Source: a virus
Lineage: Duplodnaviria; Heunggongvirae; Uroviricota; Caudoviricetes
Direction: 5' to 3' (one strand)
IMG/VR virus record: IMGVR_UViG_3300028797_000098
Span: 1-38,320 of that record
DNA: 38,320 nt
Every line of letters begins with the position of its first letter. Position 1 is the first letter of the stretch. Made by a program: the position numbers and the translations under genes. Under the pieces are notes generated by a model. The model did no database searches. It was given only the letters and a program-made list of their open reading frames with translations, and was not told where the DNA came from. Below, piece by piece: positions 16,484 to 24,952 of this stretch.

Positions 16484-16994
16484 TCCGATGTCAATAGTCG
16501 ATGGGGAAGGCCTTCGGGTCTCACTCTTCGTCTCCGGTTGCCGCAACCACTGCAAGGGTTGCTTTAATCCAGAGACCTGGGACTTTTCCTATGGCAAGGA
16601 ATTCGACGCTATTGCCGAGAATGAGGTGCTCGAAGCATGCCGGCCATCCTATATTGCCGGACTGACTGTACTTGGTGGCGAACCGTTTGAGCCCGAGAAC
16701 CAGTGGGGGCTCTTGCCGTTCCTTTCCAAGTTCAAGGAAAAGTATCCTGACAAGACTCTGTGGATGTTTACCGGCTATGTGTTGGATAATGACCTGCTGA
16801 CTGGGCAGCGCCAGGATATCCATCTCGTAACGTCGAACATCCTCAAAACGGTGGATGTCTTGGTGGACGGCCCGTTCATCCTGGAACAGAGGGATATTTC
16901 ACTGAAATTCAGGGGTAGTTCGAATCAGCGGATTTGGACACGTGAGGAAATTCAGAAACTTCTCGACAGCATGCCTGCCGCACGAGGCTTGTGA
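16464..16994 (+). CDS. nrdG: Anaerobic RNR activating enzyme (radical SAM)
   Basis: MNYSKID...VDGEGLRVSLFVSGCRNHCKGCFNPETW (CxxxCxxC), LGGEPF, DVLVDGPF, FRGSSNQRI; start re-assigned to ATG 16464. Confidence 0.97.
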   Translation: MNYSKIDPMSIVDGEGLRVSLFVSGCRNHCKGCFNPETWDFSYGKEFDAIAENEVLEACRPSYIAGLTVLGGEPFEPENQWGLLPFLSKFKEKYPDKTLWMFTGYVLDNDLLTGQRQDIHLVTSNILKTVDVLVDGPFILEQRDISLKFRGSSNQRIWTREEIQKLLDSMPAARGL

Positions 16995-16998
16995 GTGT

Positions 16999-17487
16999 CT
17001 AACGAAGTTTCTGGATAATGTCCATGATTTTCTGATGAATCTCGGGTGGACATGGAAGTTCTTCCAGCTCTTTCAGCGCATCGTTCAATGCGAAAGCGCT
17101 GCTTTTGTTATAAGAGCGTTCGACAAATACCCGGTGCTTGGCTGTGATGGCGTCAAGCAGGTCGTTTGGGCTGGCGATGGATATCGGAGTGGGTGCTTCA
17201 TCGCCAAATGACATTTTCAGGCTGACTGGGCGGGCCCCCATCGGTCCTTCGGACACGGCCAGTTCAATTTTTCCATACAGTTCCCCGGCAGCATACTCGC
17301 CAAGCACTTTGAAATATGAAGTATCGGCACTTTTGTAGCCTTGAACCGGCTGCCCAAGGGTGATGTTTGGCGTTGTTTCGACGATAAAGGATAACGCTTC
17401 TGCTAATTTGTAGCTGATTCCGGCAATGAGTTGTTCTTTGGTCATGACTTTGCCCACTTTTTTCATAAAATTAGTCCTTTTTATCAT
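16999..17487 (-). CDS. Hypothetical protein
   Basis: 162-aa ORF filling the gap between nrdG and the HD gene; start may be 17466. Confidence 0.65.
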   Translation of the reverse strand: MIKRTNFMKKVGKVMTKEQLIAGISYKLAEALSFIVETTPNITLGQPVQGYKSADTSYFKVLGEYAAGELYGKIELAVSEGPMGARPVSLKMSFGDEAPTPISIASPNDLLDAITAKHRVFVERSYNKSSAFALNDALKELEELPCPPEIHQKIMDIIQKLR

Positions 17488-17549
17488 TGAAGGGAGTAGT
17501 TTACCATTAGTAAAACATGACGCAACATCCAGTATTTTAACCGGAGATA

Positions 17550-18107
17550 ATGCAAATGCGATCTCGTGATGAAATTAAAGAATTTTTGAGAGGAATTCCT
17601 CAGAAAAGTACGCTTGTTGAACAGGCGATAACCTTTGCACGGTTTGCACATGATGGCCAGAAGGATAAAGGCGGTGCTCCGTATTTTGAACATCCTGAAC
17701 GCGTCGCTGCCAGAGTGGCTGATGCATACGAGGATGACAAGCTTACCGCGATTGCGTACCTCCATGATACAGTCGAGGATGGTGGATTCACTGTTTCTGA
17801 CTTAAAAATGTTCTTCCCGGAAGTGGTGTGGAAGGTTGTTGACGTATTGACTCGCGGAAAGACTACTCCTCGCGAAGAATACATTGAAGCGGTTGCAAAG
17901 AATTACCTCGCAGCCAGGGTGAAGGTGTGCGACCTCGAAGACAACATCGACCTTGGACGCATACCGAATCCGACCCAGAAGGATTATGACCGTAGGGACA
18001 GGTACCTTTCCGAATACCGTAAACTACAGGAAGCAATCGTTGACTGGGAGAAACGACTTCCCGCAGCAGAACTTGAAACGGATTTCTATGCGGAATACTA
18101 CTGCTAA
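17550..18107 (+). CDS. HD-domain hydrolase, RelA/SpoT (Mesh1/SAH)-like (p)ppGpp hydrolase family
   Basis: AHDGQKDKGGAPYFEHPERVA, YLHDTVED and VKVCDLEDN motifs. Confidence 0.88.
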   Translation: MQMRSRDEIKEFLRGIPQKSTLVEQAITFARFAHDGQKDKGGAPYFEHPERVAARVADAYEDDKLTAIAYLHDTVEDGGFTVSDLKMFFPEVVWKVVDVLTRGKTTPREEYIEAVAKNYLAARVKVCDLEDNIDLGRIPNPTQKDYDRRDRYLSEYRKLQEAIVDWEKRLPAAELETDFYAEYYC

Positions 18108-18108
18108 C

Positions 18109-18136
18109 AAAAATGCCGCCAAACAGGCGGCATTTT
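18109..18136. terminator. Bidirectional intrinsic terminator
   Basis: AAAAATGCCGCC-aaaca-GGCGGCATTTT. Confidence 0.85.
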
Positions 18137-18155
18137 CCATATATGCGGAATAAGT

Positions 18156-18818
18156 CTATTGTTCGCCCTGCGGTTGTTCAGCATCGGCAGTCTTGGATTT
18201 GGCTTCTTCGGCTTTCTTGCCGACATTCGTCGCAGCCATGATGATGGTCTTGACGACCCTGAGGGCATCTTCCTTTTGCATAGCCGCATATCCTTTCTTG
18301 GACATGTACTTTGATATTGCTGCGGCAACTGGCTTTACCATATCCTGTGCGGTTGGTGCCTTTCCACCGGCTGTCTGTTTCATCTGCTGGCCAACTTCTC
18401 GAATTTTCTCGGGATATTTCAGTTTGGTAAGTTCAGCGATGAGTGCATCCGCGTTAATCGAAGCTGCCTGTGGCTGGGCGTTTACGTTTTTAGGTGCTTC
18501 TTCGTCAGCGGATGGTTCATCCTCAGGCGGCTGTTCAGATTCAGGTGCATCACCACCGTCTTCCGGGGGCATACCGCCGTCTTCAGGTGCATCACCACCG
18601 TCTTCAGGAGGCATACTGCCATCGTCCGGAGGCATACCGCCACCTTCACCACCAAGGTCATCTCCGATTTCGTTACCCAGATCGTTCAGTTCTGCCAGTT
18701 CACCATCTTCTTCCCCTTCGAATATGGCGTGATATGCTGCGTAGGCGGATTCATACACCGCTCGTGCGGTGCCTGTGGAAACAGAAGCTAGATTATGTAG
18801 GCGATTAGACATGTTCAT
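18156..18818 (-). CDS. Acidic Pro/Gly-rich low-complexity protein, possible internal head protein
   Basis: GAGG RBS before ATG 18818; TATAAACT at 18843-18836; MPP(E/D)DGG(D/S) repeats; VYES and IFEG motifs. Confidence 0.65.
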   Translation of the reverse strand: MNMSNRLHNLASVSTGTARAVYESAYAAYHAIFEGEEDGELAELNDLGNEIGDDLGGEGGGMPPDDGSMPPEDGGDAPEDGGMPPEDGGDAPESEQPPEDEPSADEEAPKNVNAQPQAASINADALIAELTKLKYPEKIREVGQQMKQTAGGKAPTAQDMVKPVAAAISKYMSKKGYAAMQKEDALRVVKTIIMAATNVGKKAEEAKSKTADAEQPQGEQ

Positions 18819-18849
18819 GATATTACCTCGGTCATAGTTTATAGTTTCG

Positions 18850-18878
18850 GTTGCCATTTTAGGTATTTTTGCTATATT
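18850..18878 (+). promoter_or_regulatory. GTTGCCA/TGCTATATT promoter (16-nt spacer), ATG 6 nt downstream
   Basis: GTTGCCA ttttaggtattttt GC TATATT tctcgc ATG. Confidence 0.65.
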
Positions 18879-18884
18879 TCTCGC

Positions 18885-20573
18885 ATGGATCTCCAAAAGT
18901 TGTTTGATGAATTATCGCATAAAGACTCTGCCGCATCTGAGAACTCGCGTGTTGATACTAATGGCGCGGCTGTTGATGCGATTTCCGCCATTGAAGTTGA
19001 ACCTAAGGATGATACTGTTAACGAATGCATGACGGAAGATCCGCCTCCGCCTCCCCCTAAGGGAGCTCCGCTTGCCGAAAAGGTATTTGAACCGGCACCT
19101 GATATTTTTAATTTGTTTGATTCTGAAACCAAAGAAATCAAGGAGCCGGAAGAAACATCGAAAGAATCTGCACCGAAGCAGAAACTATTGACCAAGGATG
19201 ATTTGACCGAGGACCAGAAGTCGGCTTTGGAATATATCAATTCCTTCATGGAGAGCGATTGCCGCCAGATGGTGCTTTGTGGTCCGGCTGGTACTGGTAA
19301 GACCTCCTTGGTGAATGTTCTTCTTGATGAATTGGACAAGAAAAACATATCGTACGTGTGTACTGCACCGACCAACAAGGCTGTTGAAGTCATTGCAAAG
19401 CGCACTAATCGTCAGTTTGACCGTACCATTTATTCTCTTTGTGGATTGAAGCTTGTTGACCTTGATGACAAGGAACCGTATCTGGAACGGAATGGCGAAT
19501 CCGCACTTGGTGAATATGACATTATTATAATTGACGAAGCTTCAATGGCTGGAACTGAACTGTTGCGGAATATTGAAGCTAACCTGGTCGAATTTAGTTA
19601 CATAAAGGTTATCTATGTGGGTGATCCGTGTCAGATTCCTGCTGTGGAAGACAGCAACCGTGGACTGTTGCAGTCTCCTGTTTTCAATCTGAAATATGGC
19701 TTCATGCTTAGCAAGGTGATGCGTACGGCACTTGACAACCCGATTATGCGCACTGTCACCATGATGCGCCAGCATATTACCCAGCCAGGCGATTATTTTG
19801 ACCATGTTACTGAGGTTGGTGAATCTGGCGGTATCTACTTCTACACTGAACGCAGTGAGTTTATGTCGAAAGTGTACGAATACTTCACTTCCGATGCTTA
19901 CAAGGAAGATACCGACTACGCGCTTGCGATTGCGTATCGCAATATTTCCGTGGATGCGCTCAATAAATGTATTCGCCGTCATAGATATCCTGGTGTAGAA
20001 GCTGAATATGTAGAAGGTGAAGAATTGCGCATCTCCCGGGGTTACCGCAGGATGAACAAGACTGACAGGCGTGGGAGGGTTCGATATGATGAAGAGCAGG
20101 TTTACAGCATGGAGGAACGTGTAAAGGTCCTCAATGTGATAGACATGCCTGATGGAGATCCGGCATATCATATTGGGTGCTACAAGTTGACTGTGGTCAA
20201 TTTCCGTGCACTTCCTGGACATCGCAAGCAATGTACGGCCTACGTAGTTAAGCCATCCGAACAGGAAAAACTGAATAAGTTGAAGGCTGACCTTGCTGCC
20301 GAATGCCGTGAACGAGCCAAAGAACTTGGCCAGATGGGGCGACATAAGTACACCAAGAAAGAAGCTTGGGAGCCATACAACAAGCTTAAAAATAACTTTA
20401 TGTATGTTGGCTATATCTATGCCATGACAGTATATAAGGCACAAGGTACTACTGTACAAAATGCCTTTGTGGTTGAACGTGACATGAATGTATGCTCTGA
20501 CGTTATTTTGCGCAACAAATTGAAATACACTGCATTTACGCGTGCAGCCAAGGAATTGCACGTTCTCGACTAG
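18885..20573 (+). CDS. dda: SF1B DNA helicase (Dda/RecD2-like) with an acidic Pro-rich N-terminal extension
   Basis: GPAGTGKT, APTNKA, IIIIDEASM, VGDPCQIP, YAMTVYKAQG and YTAFTRA. Confidence 0.9.
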   Translation: MDLQKLFDELSHKDSAASENSRVDTNGAAVDAISAIEVEPKDDTVNECMTEDPPPPPPKGAPLAEKVFEPAPDIFNLFDSETKEIKEPEETSKESAPKQKLLTKDDLTEDQKSALEYINSFMESDCRQMVLCGPAGTGKTSLVNVLLDELDKKNISYVCTAPTNKAVEVIAKRTNRQFDRTIYSLCGLKLVDLDDKEPYLERNGESALGEYDIIIIDEASMAGTELLRNIEANLVEFSYIKVIYVGDPCQIPAVEDSNRGLLQSPVFNLKYGFMLSKVMRTALDNPIMRTVTMMRQHITQPGDYFDHVTEVGESGGIYFYTERSEFMSKVYEYFTSDAYKEDTDYALAIAYRNISVDALNKCIRRHRYPGVEAEYVEGEELRISRGYRRMNKTDRRGRVRYDEEQVYSMEERVKVLNVIDMPDGDPAYHIGCYKLTVVNFRALPGHRKQCTAYVVKPSEQEKLNKLKADLAAECRERAKELGQMGRHKYTKKEAWEPYNKLKNNFMYVGYIYAMTVYKAQGTTVQNAFVVERDMNVCSDVILRNKLKYTAFTRAAKELHVLD

Positions 20574-20602
20574 TTGCCACCTTGTTATGCATTTGCTACA
20601 TT
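20573..20602 (+). promoter_or_regulatory. GTTGCCA-17-TACATT promoter
   Basis: TTGCCA 20574-20579, TACATT 20597-20602, preceded by TGC. Confidence 0.7.
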
Positions 20603-20631
20603 CGTAGTAACAACAAAATGAGGTAAACAAC

Positions 20632-20847
20632 ATGATAACACATGTCAGATGCAAACGGGTTGAAGATGTCGATAAATTTCTGAACCAAGCTGGGTTAAAG
20701 CCAAACGAAGTTCAGATTACGTATACGGCAACTGGTTTCCAGTCGTACTACATGGTATTCTTTGATGACCCTACAATTCAGGGAAAGAAGCCAAGGGGTA
20801 AGAAGAAAACAGAAACGGATCAACCGGAACAGCCTGAACAGGCATAA
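20632..20847 (+). CDS. Small hypothetical protein
   Basis: GAGG RBS and its own promoter; 71 aa. Confidence 0.7.
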   Translation: MITHVRCKRVEDVDKFLNQAGLKPNEVQITYTATGFQSYYMVFFDDPTIQGKKPRGKKKTETDQPEQPEQA

Positions 20848-20913
20848 GTTGGCAAATTGCTAAAAAAGGTGCTACATTTAGGTTATCAAAAACTAAAAAG
20901 GAACAAAAACATC

Positions 20914-21732
20914 ATGACACTAAAATCCAAAATCAAAATCATCACTCCGGAATACGCAAAGGAACTCCTCGAACGCACGAAGGCTGCCGGTGTTCTTAAC
21001 CGCAAGACTAGTTCCAGAACCGTTGAAATCTATGCAAACGAGATGCGTAGTGACCGTTGGAAGTTGAATAGCGAATCAATCAAGCTTGATGAAAATGGCT
21101 ATGTCCTTGATGGACAACATCGCCTCTTGGCTTGTATTCAGGCTGGATGCCCGTTCCAGACTCTCGTCAATAGCGATGTGCCGCGTGATACTTTTGATAC
21201 CATTGACTGCGGTCGTGTCCGTACCGGTACGCAGGTGTTGCAGATGTCCGGCGTTCAGTATCATACTGTCATCACTGGTATTATCAATGGCATGAATGAG
21301 TTCCGCAATTGTGGACATCTTGCTCTCAAGGATCGCCGTCTCACTCCGTCCGCCGTGCTTGAAGAATATAATACCCGCCCGGCAGACTATGACGATGCAG
21401 CCCGCGTTGCAATGCGTTGTATTACGGAATCTCATGCAATGACCCCAAAAACAGTTGGTACTCTGTATTTTGCTCTTGTACATGACAATGGGGTGAGCAA
21501 AGAAAAGGCCGAGCAGTTCTTTACCCAGATTAACTCCTTTGATACCGCGGGCAATCCGGTCATTGAAAAGATGCGCCGTTGGAACCTTGCTAACAAGGAT
21601 AGACGTGTATCGGAAAAGCTTCGTGTTGCTTACGTGATTCGTTCCTGGAATGCCTATGTGTCCGGAACCAAGGCGCCACGTTTCAGTGAACATGATGCCG
21701 ATGTCATGCCTACTTTCTTGAAGAGTAAGTAA
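20914..21732 (+). CDS. ParB/Srx N-terminal-like (DGQHR) domain protein
   Basis: ESIKLDENGYVLDGQHRLLAC and FDTIDCGRVRT; AAAGGA RBS before ATG 20914. Confidence 0.8.
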   Translation: MTLKSKIKIITPEYAKELLERTKAAGVLNRKTSSRTVEIYANEMRSDRWKLNSESIKLDENGYVLDGQHRLLACIQAGCPFQTLVNSDVPRDTFDTIDCGRVRTGTQVLQMSGVQYHTVITGIINGMNEFRNCGHLALKDRRLTPSAVLEEYNTRPADYDDAARVAMRCITESHAMTPKTVGTLYFALVHDNGVSKEKAEQFFTQINSFDTAGNPVIEKMRRWNLANKDRRVSEKLRVAYVIRSWNAYVSGTKAPRFSEHDADVMPTFLKSK

Positions 21733-21762
21733 TGATATCATAGCAATTTTGTTGCCATAAGG

Positions 21763-21794
21763 ACCGCCGGGGCCTCAGGGTTCCGGCGGTTTTG
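21763..21794 (+). terminator. Intrinsic terminator abutting the next promoter
   Basis: ACCGCCGG...CCGGCGGT followed by TTTG. Confidence 0.75.
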
Positions 21795-21823
21795 TTGCCA
21801 CCCGAATCATAAAATGCTACATT
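21794..21823 (+). promoter_or_regulatory. GTTGCCA-17-TACATT promoter, ATG 6 nt downstream
   Basis: TTGCCA 21795-21800, TACATT 21818-21823, ATG 21830. Confidence 0.7.
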
Positions 21824-21829
21824 TCCACC

Positions 21830-21970
21830 ATGGAATACCAAAAGCTATTATCATTCATCCACCCATCGGATAAAGAAACCGCCCAACGGTGGGCAAAGAT
21901 TTTGCTCAATTCCTGCTATGACAGGATTGTAGCCAGTTCTAACTTTAAACTCTACGAGGTAAAGAAATAA
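21830..21970 (+). CDS. 46-aa predicted leaderless ORF directly upstream of infC
   Basis: MEYQKLLSFIHPSDKETAQRWAKILLNSCYDRIVASSNFKLYEVKK; TAA ends 1 nt before the infC ATG; below the ORF-track size cut-off. Confidence 0.55.
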   Translation: MEYQKLLSFIHPSDKETAQRWAKILLNSCYDRIVASSNFKLYEVKK

Positions 21971-21971
21971 T

Positions 21972-22652
21972 ATGGGATTCAAGAACAATTTCTACATCTC
22001 CGCATCGACAATCATGCTGATTGGCGAAGATGGAAAACCTATGGGCACCATGAACCCAGGCAAGGCTAAGGCGATTGCCAATGACCGAGACCTTCCATTG
22101 GTTTGTGTCAATCCGTCGGGAAATCCGCCTGTGTACCGTCTTGGTAACCCGCCGAAGGATGGTATCACTACGGCAACGGTTCGTTTGATGGGTGAAAACG
22201 GCGAACAGCTTGGCGTGGTGACAAGTGCGGAAGCTCGCAAGATTGCCGAGGAACGCGACCTTGACATCATCGTTGTAGCTGTCAACCAGGACCCGCAGGT
22301 TGCACGCCTTGGCGACCGTGGCAAGTATGAATACGAGCAGAAGAAAAAGAAGCGTGAAATGGAAAAGAAGAACCGTGCAGCAGCCAAGGCTACCGAAGTC
22401 AAGGATCTCCGTTTCCCGAGCAACGGTGGTGATGCTGACCGTGAACGCATCTTGAAGCAGGGTGATGAATTCATGGAACAGGGTCATCCGGTAAACTTCT
22501 GCATTCGATTCCCGGGACGTAAGGTTTCTCACTGCGACGATGTGATTGAGCGTACCAAGGAAGAAATGAATACGACTTTGACTCACGGTGTAATTTCGAA
22601 GATTAGCCGCGCCGGCAACAGTTTCACCATCTCCTGCATGCCAAAGAAATGA
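21972..22652 (+). CDS. infC: Translation initiation factor IF3 with two tandem N-terminal domains
   Basis: IMLIGEDGKPMG...DLPLVCVNPSGNPPVYRL, then VRLMGENGEQLGVV...DLDIIVVAVNQDPQVARLGDRGKYEYEQKKK, then IF3-C-like VKDLRF...EFMEQGHPVNFCIRFPGR. Confidence 0.88.
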   Translation: MGFKNNFYISASTIMLIGEDGKPMGTMNPGKAKAIANDRDLPLVCVNPSGNPPVYRLGNPPKDGITTATVRLMGENGEQLGVVTSAEARKIAEERDLDIIVVAVNQDPQVARLGDRGKYEYEQKKKKREMEKKNRAAAKATEVKDLRFPSNGGDADRERILKQGDEFMEQGHPVNFCIRFPGRKVSHCDDVIERTKEEMNTTLTHGVISKISRAGNSFTISCMPKK

Positions 22653-23401
22653 TTATTGAAGCTACAAACCGTTTTGTCTTTACAGAAGTTGCCCGCATGC
22701 TGAAGGAAGAGTGCGGTGGCCGGCCTGAATTTGCCGACACTGTATTCATCCTCGGTCATGTAGATTCTCGTTGTACCCTGTCAGGTATGCGCAAGAAGTA
22801 TCCTAACAAGAAACTCGTTGTATACCAGTTGGAACAGATGTATGACGGATGCAAGTATGCCAATCCGCATGTATTCGAATGGCTTCGTGGTGCAGACGAG
22901 GTATGGGACTATGACTTGGACAATATCGACTGGCTTGCCAAGAAGGGCATCCGTACTTCATTCCATCCGATGCATTACGCAAGCACTTTGCGCGACGTAC
23001 CAAGCGTGGAAAAGGATGTCGATGTCCTGTTCTATGGCTTTCTGACCGAGCGTAGGTCCAAGCTGCTTACTCAGCTTGCCAATGCCGGCTGCAACAAGTG
23101 GGCAACGACAATCACCATGGGCATTTCCGGCGAGAACCTGGCCAAATGGATCGGACGCTCCAAGATTATCCTGAACATCCACGCATACGATAACAACAAC
23201 CGTCAGGAACAGGTGCGCATGTTCTACCCGGTAATCAACGGGGCATGTGTCGTTTCCGAGCAGAGTGCCCGTAACTACCTTGACGGCTGTATTACCGAAT
23301 GTCCGTTGAAGTACCTCCCGGAAACCATAGACAACATCCTCAAGAATGACATGTGGAAGAAGCTCGGTGATAACGCTGTCTATAACTTCATGAGGCGATA
23401 A
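22649..23401 (+). CDS. GT-B-type glycosyltransferase-like protein (CgeB/GT1_2-like C-terminal domain)
   Basis: DVDVLFYG...ERRSKLL...RSKIILNIH...EQVRMFYPVINGACVVSE. Confidence 0.75.
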   Translation: MIIEATNRFVFTEVARMLKEECGGRPEFADTVFILGHVDSRCTLSGMRKKYPNKKLVVYQLEQMYDGCKYANPHVFEWLRGADEVWDYDLDNIDWLAKKGIRTSFHPMHYASTLRDVPSVEKDVDVLFYGFLTERRSKLLTQLANAGCNKWATTITMGISGENLAKWIGRSKIILNIHAYDNNNRQEQVRMFYPVINGACVVSEQSARNYLDGCITECPLKYLPETIDNILKNDMWKKLGDNAVYNFMRR

Positions 23402-23692
23402 TCAACTACCCACGGGTATAAAGACCCGTGAGTTTGGGGTAACTCAGACTCATAGTTGATTAGACTCAGTGAAGCAGAGAAATCTGCTGAACTACGTTAG
23501 GAAGGTCATAACACCTACGGATGTACGGTCAAGTCTGTAGCTCTGTTGAATGTCATTAAACAGTCCTGATGGGTAGGGACAGTGTGGCGTTCATGACAAG
23601 CCTTCCTAACATTGTCGATGACCACCCACAGGGAGTAATCCCTGCATTACCTATTAAGTTAGGTTAAAAAACAACGAAAGGATAACGACTAG
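23381..23692 (+). ncRNA. IscB omegaRNA (HEARO-type scaffold from 23401; guide from the 5' flank)
   Basis: ATCAACTA (23401-23408) pairs with TAGTTGAT (23453-23460); hairpin CACGGGT-ataaag-ACCCGTG; conserved-looking AGACTCAG, CTACGTT, ACACCTACGGATG, GTAGCTCTG and AACATTGTCGA blocks. Confidence 0.9.
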
Positions 23693-24951
23693 ATGGTCTA
23701 TGTACTGAACAAATACGGCAACCCTCTGATGCCTACCACTAGGCACGGCAAGGTCCGTCGTCTGCTCAGGAAAGGTCTCGCGGTTGTTGTCGATTACCGT
23801 CCATTCACCATTCAGCTTGCTTACGACACGCCGAACGGCGTGCAGGAGGTCAGTCTAGGAGTAGACGCGGGTACGAAGCATGTAGGTTTCTCCGCCACTA
23901 CCAAGAAGAAGGTACTTTTCGAAGCAGAATTACTGCTGAGGTCGGATATCGTGGAGAAGCTATCCACGCGAAGGGAGTTCCGTCGGACCAGAAGGAACAG
24001 GAAAACTCGCTACCGCAAGTCCAGGTTCCTGAACAGGACCAAGAAGCCAGGGTGGATTGCGCCTTCCGTACGGCAGAAGGTGGATTCCCATATATACTGG
24101 ATTTCGAAGATATGTAAGATTTTACCTATCGGGGAGATAACGGTGGAGACGGCACAGTTTGATATTCAACTGTTGAAGGCCCAGGAACAGTGCCTTCCGT
24201 TGCCGCATGGAACCGACTACCAGAAGGGTGAACAGCTCGGATTTTCTAACGTAAGGGAATACGTGTTGTTCCGGGATGGGCATAAATGCCAGTGCTGTAA
24301 GGGCAAGTCCAAGGACAGGAAGCTGCGGGTCCACCATATCGAAAGCAGAAAGACAGGTGGAGATGCACCTAACAACCTCATCACGTTGTGTTCGGAATGC
24401 CATGCTAAGTATCATAGGGGCGAAATTAAGCTGCCTAAGAATGTCAGCCGCGGGGCTTCCTTGAAGGATGCTGCCGTAATGGGCATCATGCGGAAGTCGG
24501 TGTTCGGTCAACTGGATAAACTGTTCGGTGATGCAGTTCCTTGCCACGAGACGTACGGCTACATCACCAAGTATGCCCGCACCAAGGCAGGCCTTCCGAA
24601 GGACCATACCATAGACGCCCGTTGCATCAGTGGCAATACGGGTGCCGAGTCCGACGGGCATTACTGGATTATCCGCAAGTTGCGTGCCAACAACAGGCAG
24701 CTGCACAAGGCATCCATACTCAAGGGATGCATTCGGAAGAACAACCAGGCACCTCGGGAGGTACATGGATATAGACTGATGGATTATGTTGTTTATGCCG
24801 AACGACCTTGCTTCGTGAATGGCCGCAGGCAGTCGGGATACTTCTCTCTATCGGATATTTCCGGACATGTCCTTGCCGGTTCGGTGAACTATAAGCACCT
24901 TAACTTAATTAACCACAACAACACTAATATAATGGAAACGAGAGAACTATA
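23401..24951 (+). mobile_element. IscB/omegaRNA element (IS200/IS605 superfamily, no tnpA)
   Basis: Left boundary at the ATCAAC scaffold start. Removing 23401-24951 restores a TAATG stop/start overlap between the flanking genes. Confidence 0.8.
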
Positions 24952-24952
24952 A
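23693..24952 (+). CDS. iscB: IscB RNA-guided endonuclease
   Basis: PLMP N-terminus, LGVDAG (RuvC-I), Arg-rich bridge helix RREFRRTRRNRKTRYR, ITVETAQFD (RuvC-II), CQCC...VHHIESRKTGG...NLITLCSECH (HNH) and DHTIDARCI (RuvC-III). Confidence 0.97.
   Translation: MVYVLNKYGNPLMPTTRHGKVRRLLRKGLAVVVDYRPFTIQLAYDTPNGVQEVSLGVDAGTKHVGFSATTKKKVLFEAELLLRSDIVEKLSTRREFRRTRRNRKTRYRKSRFLNRTKKPGWIAPSVRQKVDSHIYWISKICKILPIGEITVETAQFDIQLLKAQEQCLPLPHGTDYQKGEQLGFSNVREYVLFRDGHKCQCCKGKSKDRKLRVHHIESRKTGGDAPNNLITLCSECHAKYHRGEIKLPKNVSRGASLKDAAVMGIMRKSVFGQLDKLFGDAVPCHETYGYITKYARTKAGLPKDHTIDARCISGNTGAESDGHYWIIRKLRANNRQLHKASILKGCIRKNNQAPREVHGYRLMDYVVYAERPCFVNGRRQSGYFSLSDISGHVLAGSVNYKHLNLINHNNTNIMETREL

Noticed and set aside
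18541-18660. Direct repeats (CAGGTGCATCACCACCGTCTTC twice) as an array
   Set aside because: They are in-frame coding repeats of the PPEDGGDAPE protein, without unique spacers.
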